DNA from: a virus
Lineage: Duplodnaviria; Caudoviricetes
Virus record (IMG/VR): IMGVR_UViG_3300022073_000033
Coordinates: 1 to 28,895 of that record
DNA length: 28,895 nt
Strand: one strand, 5' to 3'
Each line of letters opens with the position of its first letter. The first letter of the stretch is position 1. The position numbers were made by a program, and so were the translations under genes. The notes under the pieces were generated by a model. That model was not told the DNA's origin. It was given only the letters and a program-made list of their open reading frames with translations, and made no database searches. Positions 7,896 through 17,000 of the stretch are shown here, one piece after another.

Positions 7896-10153
7896 AGGGC
7901 GTAACGATCAAGATAACGGCGCCGTTTGCGGGCTGGCTGCGTCCCGTCGCGCAGCGCCTCTCGCGGCGCGCTATGCAGGCTGGGCACGTAGGGGAAATGG
8001 GGGACGACGCCAGCGGTACAACCGTCTTGCAGCAAGTGGTGGATGGGTACCTGGTGAAAGCGGTTCGCAATGGCCGTCGCTGTGTGGCCACTGTAGTGGA
8101 TCTAGGGGTCGCGTTTCTCTTTATTCGGGTACTGAGAACGAATGCGCTAACTCTCTACGTCGGGCGAACTGCTGGGCCGAGACACCTTTATCGGTACGGC
8201 TATATGTTGCCAGACAGCGCTGGAACGGATCCGCGCCTAATACCGGGCGATTCCGTAACGCCTGATCGGCGAGTGGCTATCCGGTCTGAGCTGTGTATGT
8301 CGGAAAACTTCGTGGACGAGGGGGGGCGCGACAATATTCTGTTCAGTTGGACGTCCGGCGGGCTGTACTTCGCCCAGCGCCCTGGGGGCGTGGATGAATA
8401 CCAGGACGGCATAGGCTTCGGCTGCTTGTCGATGGCACCCGCCGGCGATGTGCCGTCGGGATACGGCACTAAGTATCCAGACGGATCGGAATCAATCGCT
8501 GCCCTAACGTCGGCCGCCAATGGTGGGTCCATATGGGTGCTGCGGGTTATGGAAGCCTTCTTTCGGGCGCGTCACGGCTGCCACTTTGGTCACCATCTGC
8601 CGCTCCAGGTGCAAGAGGGCGGCAGCGGATGGGATGACACGATCGAAACCCGGCCAAACGTGTTGGTTCCGCAGTTATGCCGGGTCACGTCCGCGCGGTT
8701 CCCTGCGGGCAGTGATGCGCCCCCGCTGCCCGAGCCCGATACGAGCCCAGGGAGCTACGAGGGCGCCGAGCGTGACCTTGGGTTTATGACGGTGGTCACT
8801 ACCACGTCGACCGCGGCGCACCCTAAAAACGTATCCGAAACCTATCTGCGCGATGATTGCGGCCTCAACGGCATCGCTGTACTGCGCGCCCGTATCACGG
8901 AGCGTCTGGATCCAGCGGCGATTACCTGGAATGAAGGCCTGCGCCTGAAATCAAAAGTAGATTGGTCCGAACTGTTCCAGTTGTCGTCGGCGGGCGACCC
9001 TCTGCTGCGCGTGGAAGCCTGGCTGGATCGCTGGTACGAGGTGGCGCGCAGTAACGACCAGCCAGGCGAGCCCATGATGCATCCGGCCGAGCCCGGTGGA
9101 TGGTGCCAAAACTCCATCGACTCCATGCGCGTGTCATACGACCCGGAGAACGGCGCGCTGGTGGTCTTCTTTGTCGCACTGCTGGGCCGACAGTATGTGG
9201 ATGTGGAGAACCGGCCGGTGATGTGCCACGCCTACACGCTGGCATCTATCCGAGTCGACGACGTGAACGGGGCAACCCCGACAGTTACCCCGCCGCGAGT
9301 GCTGTTCCATGACGTTGTGTGCTCCAGCGATTCGCCTGTGCGGCCTGCCGACTCTGACCCGGCCATTGCGTATATCCCCGTCATTATGGGCGCCGAGCTG
9401 CTTAGCGAAGGGCATCGGGCCATGGTCATGCTTCATCGGGTCGACCGCAGCGGCAGCAGCCACTATATCCGCAGTCGCCGCGATAACCTGTCACTGGCTA
9501 CTCAGGTCGGATACAACAGGCAATACGCCCTGGCTGAGGTCCCGACGGAGCTGCGGGTATATGACGAGGATGGACTGCGGGCATCAGCTACATGCGAGCA
9601 GCTGGGCGCATCTACGCGAGCCTGGTACCTGGGGCCGCTGGCCGGTGATTCGAGGCCTACGCCGAGTCGGTGGCCGATGCAATACGTTGAATATGGCGCA
9701 CTGAACTATACGTCGAAGGTCGCCCCGCAAAAGCTGGTGGTCAGCGCTGCCGCGTACCCGCCCGATCGGCAGAACAATGGCTTCATCCTCTACGACGAGG
9801 CCGCTGGAAGCCTGGAGTATCGCAGGGCCATGGTTCCGGCGTGGGGCTGGACCTGGAAGCTGCCGGCCGTCACATGCCCGCAGCACGCCATCGAAACCGA
9901 GCAAGGGGAGACGGATTTCGTTCTGATCCTCTCTTATGAGGGGCCGGGCCAGATCATGGACTCGGCCGAGACGATGCTGGGCAACAACGACTACGTGGTC
10001 AATCCGGACATAGGCACCTACATGAGCACCGACAGCGGCCAGACCTGGTTCAAGTTGGCCGCATTCGGTACGCGCAACGGAGCATTTTTTACGGGGCCGC
10101 GCGGGTCGCGGGGTACTTACACCAAGTTCTACGGAGAAACCGGACGTGGCTAG
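7892..10153 (+). CDS. hypothetical protein, possible beta-propeller (Asp-box) tail/receptor-binding protein
   Basis: 753 aa, ATGA overlap with the upstream gene. C-terminal STDSGQTW is a BNR/Asp-box (SxDxGxTW). Confidence 0.55.
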   Translation: MKGVTIKITAPFAGWLRPVAQRLSRRAMQAGHVGEMGDDASGTTVLQQVVDGYLVKAVRNGRRCVATVVDLGVAFLFIRVLRTNALTLYVGRTAGPRHLYRYGYMLPDSAGTDPRLIPGDSVTPDRRVAIRSELCMSENFVDEGGRDNILFSWTSGGLYFAQRPGGVDEYQDGIGFGCLSMAPAGDVPSGYGTKYPDGSESIAALTSAANGGSIWVLRVMEAFFRARHGCHFGHHLPLQVQEGGSGWDDTIETRPNVLVPQLCRVTSARFPAGSDAPPLPEPDTSPGSYEGAERDLGFMTVVTTTSTAAHPKNVSETYLRDDCGLNGIAVLRARITERLDPAAITWNEGLRLKSKVDWSELFQLSSAGDPLLRVEAWLDRWYEVARSNDQPGEPMMHPAEPGGWCQNSIDSMRVSYDPENGALVVFFVALLGRQYVDVENRPVMCHAYTLASIRVDDVNGATPTVTPPRVLFHDVVCSSDSPVRPADSDPAIAYIPVIMGAELLSEGHRAMVMLHRVDRSGSSHYIRSRRDNLSLATQVGYNRQYALAEVPTELRVYDEDGLRASATCEQLGASTRAWYLGPLAGDSRPTPSRWPMQYVEYGALNYTSKVAPQKLVVSAAAYPPDRQNNGFILYDEAAGSLEYRRAMVPAWGWTWKLPAVTCPQHAIETEQGETDFVLILSYEGPGQIMDSAETMLGNNDYVVNPDIGTYMSTDSGQTWFKLAAFGTRNGAFFTGPRGSRGTYTKFYGETGRG

Positions 10154-11090
10154 TTTAGACACCATTATTTCGATGCAGTCAGACACGATCGAAGCGGCGA
10201 CGAGCCAGGCGGCTGCGCTGGCGAACCGGATATCCAACTGGATACCGAACAGTAACGTCGGATCTGTGTCGTTCCGACACACCGTCTCAAAGCCGAACAT
10301 GACAAAGCCGGTGGGGCTGACGGACTGGCTCCCCGAGGACGAACGAGAAGACGACTTGCGGCTGCTTGATAGCGAGGCTGAGAAGTGGGTAGACAAGTAT
10401 TTCCCGCAGATCAACGCCTGCCTGAAAAGCAAGCCCGAGGAATGGTTGTGCGCGATCCTGGGGGGCGGCGAGCCGTTCGCCGATTCGCAGGCGATATTCG
10501 ATAGCGTCTGGCATCAGGCGCGCGACAATGCCTACAAGGTGCGCGACAGCATGGCCGGCCAGGTGCGTGCGGATTTCGGAAGCCGAGGCTTTACGTTGCC
10601 GCCGGGCGCGATGATCGGCGCCCTGCTGCAGGCCGAGGAAGCGGCCAGTGACGCCATAGCCGGCGTCAACCTGGACGAGGCGCGCCGCATTGCGGAAATC
10701 AAGCTGGACCTTTTGAAGTTCGCCGAGCAACAGGCAATAACCCTCAAGCTCGGAATCATGCAATCGCTGGCTAACTTCTACCAGCAATGGGCGAATCTGC
10801 CAGAGCGCGGCGTCGAGCTGGCAAAGGCGAAGGCACAGGTCTACGCCTCGCTGCAATCGACCCTTGCCGAATACTACCGGGTCGAGATGGGCTTCGAGGA
10901 ATTGCGGCTGCGTAGCGCGCAGGCCAGGGCAGACGTGGCGGTCAGTAACGACCGCAACAAGGCCTCTATCCTGCCGCGTAATGAAGCCGCCGGGGCGCTG
11001 GCCACCGCAACGCGCGCGTTCGGTGATATCGCAGCAGCAGCGGCGTCCAGTCAGGCGGCCATGATTGCCGACCTCAACGCAGGGGGTTAA
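10146..11090 (+). CDS. putative internal virion/ejection protein
   Basis: 314 aa, Ala/Gln-rich and helical. F.SRGFTLPPGAM motif. It overlaps the previous stop. Function is inferred from composition and position. Confidence 0.5.
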   Translation: MASLDTIISMQSDTIEAATSQAAALANRISNWIPNSNVGSVSFRHTVSKPNMTKPVGLTDWLPEDEREDDLRLLDSEAEKWVDKYFPQINACLKSKPEEWLCAILGGGEPFADSQAIFDSVWHQARDNAYKVRDSMAGQVRADFGSRGFTLPPGAMIGALLQAEEAASDAIAGVNLDEARRIAEIKLDLLKFAEQQAITLKLGIMQSLANFYQQWANLPERGVELAKAKAQVYASLQSTLAEYYRVEMGFEELRLRSAQARADVAVSNDRNKASILPRNEAAGALATATRAFGDIAAAAASSQAAMIADLNAGG

Positions 11091-11093
11091 CCG

Positions 11094-11819
11094 ATGGCAA
11101 TGCAAGATTATGTTTGGTGGGCGCATACCAGCAGCGACGTTTGGGCCTCTAGGGAGCAGGCTTATTCCGTCGTGCGACCTATCCGAAGCGACGGCACTAC
11201 GGGGGAACCTGTCGGCTTCTACGCGCCGAGAACGGACATGACCAACGGCTATAGCCATCACGAGCGAGGGTTTCCATTCGCTAGGGGAACAGATGCCGCA
11301 GGCGTTCCGTACAGGCTTGGCGCCCCTAGCCTGGTTATCAACGGAGATTTCATTATCCATCTCGCGGCAGATGCCAAGCGCACATCGGGCGATAATCCCG
11401 ATGACGGCGCGGTAGTGACCATGCGCGCCTGGAAGGCCTCGCCGGTTCCTGCTACGGGAGCAAGCTGGACCCCAGAGGGGGCGCCCGGTGGTGGTGGGCT
11501 GTCAGTCATGGTCGACGAGCAATACGTCATGCCGCTACCGCTCGAAGGCGGGGGAGGTTCGGAAATAACCAGCCTGATAGGTTTCGGGGCCAATGGTTTG
11601 AAGGTGGCGCTTTCGACCGTGAATGAATGGCATGCCATCCATGTTGGGTGGATGCGCACTTATGGCGAGCTTGTCGTGACCTCGGCAGGCAAATCGACGG
11701 CGACGGCGACGAAGCCTAGTAGCGAACCCATATCACAGCTATCGGGGTTTGAAGTGGAATTTGAAGACGGCTCTACCGGGAGCCTTCAGGCCTATGTCGA
11801 TTTCTACCTGCCTGCCTGA
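11094..11819 (+). CDS. hypothetical protein
   Basis: 241 aa ORF in the operon, 3 bp after the previous stop, with a GGGGG RBS-like sequence upstream and atypical codon usage. Confidence 0.6.
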   Translation: MAMQDYVWWAHTSSDVWASREQAYSVVRPIRSDGTTGEPVGFYAPRTDMTNGYSHHERGFPFARGTDAAGVPYRLGAPSLVINGDFIIHLAADAKRTSGDNPDDGAVVTMRAWKASPVPATGASWTPEGAPGGGGLSVMVDEQYVMPLPLEGGGGSEITSLIGFGANGLKVALSTVNEWHAIHVGWMRTYGELVVTSAGKSTATATKPSSEPISQLSGFEVEFEDGSTGSLQAYVDFYLPA

Positions 11820-11834
11820 TCAGAAGAGACGTAT

Positions 11835-12476
11835 ATGCAAGTTCATCCGCGAGAATTTGAGAGCGACATATATGCCCGCATAGGATTTGCCACCCAGGGC
11901 GTGATAGGGGAGCAGCGCGCTGTCCTGGTGGACAATCTCCGGCTGGAATGTCCGGAATATTGGGAGCCCGATACCTACGCGACGGCGATGCATATCGTCA
12001 CGTCTGTGTATGGAGCATTCCCGAGTGACCTGGAGGAATCACTGGGGGAAACCGACGACGGGTCGCCCGCCCCGCTACGTGATTGGGGCTTGTTTCTGGG
12101 CGTGGTGCTCGCGGTGCGACACTGCAATCAAAAAGGCCGAAAGCCGGTCAAGTTCCACGTCCCTACGAAAGGGCTGTACGCCACGCTCAAGGGAAATCAG
12201 TGGACGGTGACGGCCGTAGGGCTTGCCATGCAGATGACTTTCGATTCGGCTGCTTCGGACGAGTCAATGCAGTTCGAGTTCTCGCGGGAATGGTTTCGGG
12301 CGCTGATGTGGGTCAATGGCGATCGCCCTGGATCAGTCGGGGAGCTAAGCGGTATAGGGGAGGCGCCACCTATGCGCCCGCCGTTCTGGACAGCCCATGT
12401 GCTTTCGGCCGAAGTGCTTGACAGTTCAGGTGATGGATTTTCCGATCGTCCGTGGGAGGCGGTGCCGCAACTTTAG
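11835..12476 (+). CDS. hypothetical protein
   Basis: 213 aa ORF with AGAAGAGA upstream of the ATG. It fills the gap up to promoter copy 3 and has a PPFWT motif near the C-terminus. Confidence 0.6.
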   Translation: MQVHPREFESDIYARIGFATQGVIGEQRAVLVDNLRLECPEYWEPDTYATAMHIVTSVYGAFPSDLEESLGETDDGSPAPLRDWGLFLGVVLAVRHCNQKGRKPVKFHVPTKGLYATLKGNQWTVTAVGLAMQMTFDSAASDESMQFEFSREWFRALMWVNGDRPGSVGELSGIGEAPPMRPPFWTAHVLSAEVLDSSGDGFSDRPWEAVPQL

Positions 12477-12483
12477 CCCGGCA

Positions 12484-12514
12484 GCTTGACCGCTGCTGCA
12501 AGTCACATAGCGTC
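12484..12514 (+). promoter_or_regulatory. conserved putative late promoter, copy 3
   Basis: GCTTG accgctgctgca AGTCACATAGCGTC reads as -35 TTGACC, 16 bp, -10 TAGCGT. It ends 26 bp before ATG 12541 and would drive the ejection-like gene and the giant gene. Confidence 0.8.
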
Positions 12515-12539
12515 GGGCGCATCCTCAGTAGGAGCGCCC
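12515..12539 (+). promoter_or_regulatory. RBS-sequestering hairpin
   Basis: GGGCGC-A-TCCT (12515-25), loop CAGT, then AGGA-GCGCCC (12530-39). The 3' arm contains the AGGAG Shine-Dalgarno of the 12541 gene. Confidence 0.7.
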
Positions 12540-12540
12540 C

Positions 12541-14013
12541 ATGGCTACCAATCCCGATGAACTCGATCCGAAGGCACGCCCGCCGCAGCTGGGCATGATG
12601 CTTACGCCTGAGCAGCAGCGGCAGCAGCGTATCGACGCCGACATGCAACGCGCATCCCAGCGCATTCAGGAAACCAGGCAGGGCTTCAAGAATGCCGCCG
12701 GCGCGGTCGGTGGGGCGCTGGGCACTGCTGCCGGCGCAGTCATCAAGGCCGGTACCGTAGTCCCGCGAACCATTGCAGGCATGGCCACCGGCGAAATTCC
12801 CGTCACCGTCAGCCATCTGCCTGACTACAGGAACAAGGGCGTGGAGCAGCGCCGCGCTGCCAATTGGGTTAAGAACAACCCGGAGCAGGCGGACGCTGCG
12901 CGCGTTGGCATGCGTGCTGTTGCTGATCGGGCATCGTCTGCCGCAATTGGACAGGTCAAGAGCGCCCAGCCGACCAAAGCCCTTGGGATGGCAGCAGCCG
13001 GCAAACCCGCCGTCAGCCTGAATGCGCCGGCGCAGGCCGGCCCCGCAGCGCCTGCGGCCACTGCCAGCGATGCCGGCCCCGCAGCGCCTGCGGCCACTGC
13101 CAGCGATGCCGGCCCGCAAGCGCAGCCCGGCCTTGGGTTCCAGCGCACATCAGTGGACGGCGTGGTGGGTCGCGTAGGCGCCAATGGCGTGCCCGAATTC
13201 AGCAATGCGCCGAACGACGTATCAAGTGCATCCGATAGTCAGATGACTGCCGGTCGCATGGGCAACGGCGTCGGCGGCCTGTCTGTGGGTGAGGCGGGCG
13301 ACAGCGCCCTGGCCATGGAGCGCTACGGGCGCGCGAACGAGATCCGCGCCGGCACAAACCGTCTTCGCCGTCAGGGCGAGCTGGGCGATACCGGCAATTT
13401 CACCGTCGTGCGAGACAGCACACGATCGCCGACCTTCGCTGAATTGCAAAATGACCGCCTCGACCGCGCCGATCAGCGCCGTAATGACGCAGTGGGCGCC
13501 GATCAGGCCGACCGTGCGCTGCGCTCGCAAGAGCTGGAGGCGCGCCTGGGCTTCAATGACCGTAAGCTGGCCAACCAGGAGCGCGAGCTGAGCAACGCCG
13601 AGCGGACTGGTGAGCTGGAGCGTCAGCGCCTCGACATGGATCTGGAGGCAGGGCAGCTCAGCTTGAAACAGCAGCGCCAGGTACAGCAGCTGCGTGAACA
13701 GCTGGCCGACCCGAATCTGGATCCCGCCACGCGCGAGCAGATCCAGCGCGCCTACAACACCCTGACCACACCAGCCAAAGACCGCTACATGCTGCAAGAC
13801 GTCGTGATGGGCCAGGATGCGCTCGGCGCGCCAGTCTTCGGCAAGGCTGCGCTCGATGTGACCACTGGCCAGCTGGTAGGCCAAGGGCAGCAGGGCGGCC
13901 AAGCGCCGGCGGCGCAGTTCCAAGCCGGAAAAATCTACAAGGACGCCGCTGGCAATCGCGCGCGTTACAAGGGCACGGACGCCCAAGGCAATCCACAGTG
14001 GGAGCACCTGTAA
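12541..14013 (+). CDS. putative DNA-ejection/internal virion protein
   Basis: 490 aa, AGGAG RBS. Ala/Gln/Gly-rich, with a Gly-zipper-like segment (AAGAVGGALGTAAGAV) and a coiled coil. It lies immediately upstream of the giant polyvalent gene (TAA-ATG junction). Confidence 0.6.
   Translation: MATNPDELDPKARPPQLGMMLTPEQQRQQRIDADMQRASQRIQETRQGFKNAAGAVGGALGTAAGAVIKAGTVVPRTIAGMATGEIPVTVSHLPDYRNKGVEQRRAANWVKNNPEQADAARVGMRAVADRASSAAIGQVKSAQPTKALGMAAAGKPAVSLNAPAQAGPAAPAATASDAGPAAPAATASDAGPQAQPGLGFQRTSVDGVVGRVGANGVPEFSNAPNDVSSASDSQMTAGRMGNGVGGLSVGEAGDSALAMERYGRANEIRAGTNRLRRQGELGDTGNFTVVRDSTRSPTFAELQNDRLDRADQRRNDAVGADQADRALRSQELEARLGFNDRKLANQERELSNAERTGELERQRLDMDLEAGQLSLKQQRQVQQLREQLADPNLDPATREQIQRAYNTLTTPAKDRYMLQDVVMGQDALGAPVFGKAALDVTTGQLVGQGQQGGQAPAAQFQAGKIYKDAAGNRARYKGTDAQGNPQWEHL
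13036..13115 (+). repeat. 36-bp in-frame tandem repeat (2.2 copies)
   Basis: GCCGGCCCCGCAGCGCCTGCGGCCACTGCCAGCGAT at 13036-13071 and 13072-13107, plus a partial GCCGGCCC. It encodes AGPAAPAATASD twice. Confidence 0.95.
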
Positions 14014-17000
14014 ATGGCATTCGATCCAACCAGCGCATTTCTCGACGAAGACGATACCCAGCCCGCCACCACTGGCGCCTTTGATCCGTCGACGGCCGGA
14101 TTCGATGCTTCCACCGCGTCCGAGGACTTCGAGGCCGATCAGGGCGTGCTCGGCACGCTCAAGCAGGGCACCAAGAGCGCCGCGCGCGCGATCGGCGCCA
14201 CGGCGAACACCTACACCGGAAACGCTGACGGCGTGGTGGGCAAGGCCAAGGCGCAGCAGGAGGCGCCGAAGGATTACCGCCTGGACAACCTCTACCGCGA
14301 CGTAGAGGAAAACACGAAGGCCTCCGGCGAGGATCCAGGCCTGCTCGATGCCATCGGCAATGTCGGTAAGGCTGTTTGGGACAACCCGGCCGGCGCTGGT
14401 TTGGCCGTGCTCGAGCAGCTGCCGAACTCGGTCCCGACCCTGGCGGGCGGTTACGCCGGCATGAAGGGCGGCGCGGCGCTGGGTGCTGTAGCAGGCGGCC
14501 CGGTCGGCGCTGGTATTGGTGGCGTGGTCGGCGGTCTGGCCGGCATGTTCCTGGGCAATGCGGCGATCGAAACTGGCCACAAGGCCATGGGGGCGGCCGA
14601 TGATGGCGAGTTCACCCCCGAGGTAATGGACCAGGTGAAGCGCGAGGGCGCTATCAAGGGTGGCGTTATCACCGGCGTGGATGCCGTGACGCTGGGGATT
14701 GGTGGCGCCGTGTCGGGCGCCATGCAGCGCACCACCCGATCGGCGCTGGAGGCAGCCACGCGCAAGGCACTGGTAGACCAGGGTGTCGATGTGGCGGATG
14801 AAGCGGCCGTGCTGGCGGCCCGTAGTAATCCGCAGGTCAGCGCTGCCGTGCGTGCCGCGCAGGAAAGCGCGGTCAAGGCCACTGACACGCTCAAGCGCCG
14901 CGCCGCCGAGGCAGGCACCCTGCTGGCCATGGAGTCGGCGGGCGAGGGTGTGGGCGAGTACCTGGGCGAGCTGGCGGCTACCGGCGAAGGCAACGTGACC
15001 GATGCCGTGCTGGAGTCGCTGCTGTCGGTCGGCCAGTCCGGCGCCGAAACCGCCTGGAACATGACCCGCAAGCGCGAGCAGCGCGGGCTATGGGAAGAAG
15101 CGGCGGCGATCGCCGACCCGGGCCTGGAGCAGCCCGCCGCCGCGCCGGTACCTGGTGCTGATCCCGCCCTGGACGGTTCCGCGCCGATCGATGCAGCCGC
15201 CCCCGAAGCCGCCCCGGCCGTCGACACGTCGATGGTCCAGCCGACCCCGACCGCCGAGAATCCCGCACCGGTGCCGGTACCGCGTCCCGATCCGAACAAC
15301 GGGCCGCTGTCAGCCGCTGCCAGTCTGTTGCCGCCCGCTGGTGCGCCTGCGCTGTCGGCTGGCCCGCTGTCCGAGGTGGCGCCCGCCACCGAGCAGGCAG
15401 CAGAACCGGTCGCCGAGCAGCAAGCCCCGGCACGGACTGAGGGGCCGCTTGCCGAGGCGCCGCCGGCAGATCCGCAGGCGTCGACCGAGCCGCCGGCTAC
15501 TCCGTCGCAACGCGCCATTCTGGCCCGCCGCGGCGTAGGACCGGAGCAGATCGAGGGGCTGACCCGCAAGCAGGCCGGCGAGCTGATCCAGCAGCAGAAC
15601 AAGACGCAGACCGCAGGGGCGCCCAAGCCGCAGCAGATGGGCCTGCAAGAGCCTGAAGCGGTCGAGGCCGAGCTGCGCGACCAGTTGAGTTACCTGGAGC
15701 GCCAGGCGAAGTCGGCCGGTGGATGGACGCCTGCGCTGAGCCGTGAACGTGCGCGCCTGCGCACCGCCCTGGAGCCGTTCGACCAGAACCCATCGGCTGC
15801 GCCGGCCGCCGTTGACGCGCCCGCGGATGCCTTCAAGGTCGGCGAGCAGTGGCAGAAGGGTCGCACCAGCTACACCATTGAGAGCGTATCGCCAGACGGT
15901 CGACTCGCCGATGCTGTTTTCCCTGGCGGGAAGCGCCACAAGGTAAGTCTCGACGCCGAACTGGCAAACGGTTGGCAGCGAAGCGGCCAGCAGGCAGGCG
16001 CAGCGGTAGAGCAGGCAACAGTAAGCCCTGAAACCGTTACGGCACCGGCCATCGAAGGCCGCAACATCGGTGAGCAGTGGAATGAAATGCCTCCTGTTCG
16101 CCGCCGCGAACTTATGGCCCGACCGGGCAGCCCGTTCACCGATGCAAAAGGCAGGCTGAAGGCAGAAGCTGCCCTGCTGGGAAGCTACCCATGGGACAAG
16201 CAGGAGGCGTCTGACCAGAGTGCGATTGAGGCGCTTCTATCCGGCGCAGCAGCGCAGCAGGCCGCCCCGCAGATCGAAGGCCGAGACCTTGGCGATGGCT
16301 GGGCAGCGTTCACCAGCGAGTCGGGAACCATAGGCGTTCCGCGTGCCGACATGCCTCAGATTAAGGCCGAACACCGTGGCGCGATGGTCAATTTCCTGAA
16401 TGCCCGCGGCATCGAGCACCAGGAGGAAACCGTAGCGGCTGCCAGCCTCAAGCCCACGCAAGGCGAGTTCAGCCGCAAGAAGGTGGAGCAGGCCAAGGCC
16501 TACACCGGCGGCAACCGCAGCATATTGGTTTCATCCGATAATCATGTGCTTGACGGTCATCACCAGTGGCTCGCTGCCCGCGAGAGCGGCGACGGCGTGA
16601 AGATCATCCGCCTGGGGGCGCCGATCGACCAGCTGCTGTCTGCTGCGCATGAGTTCCCCAGCTCTACCACTGACGCTGCCGCGCCGGCCGCGAATGAGCG
16701 CCGCTATCAGCTGGTGGCGATCAACGAAAAGACCGGCCGCCGGGAAGTTCTTTCCGCCGAGCCGATGACCCACGCCGAGGCTGTCACGGTCAAGAGTAAG
16801 CATTCCGATTACCCTGGCCGCCGCATTCAGCTGGAAGAAGTGTCTGCATCCGCCGCCGATCAAATGCCCGTCAAAGACGCAGCCCCCGCCGCGCGTGACG
16901 CTCAGCCTGCCGAAGCGGCGCCCGTCAAATGGTTCGCGTCCGAGAGCAAGGCACAGGCGCACATCGCCAAGAAGAAGCTCGGCGGCACGCACCAGGTCGT

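Noticed and set aside
1321-12514. Repeated 14-mer as CRISPR repeat, att site or invertase site
   Set aside because: The copies are kilobases apart, all in direct orientation and at a fixed distance from start codons, and no recombinase or cas gene is in the window. A promoter explains them better.
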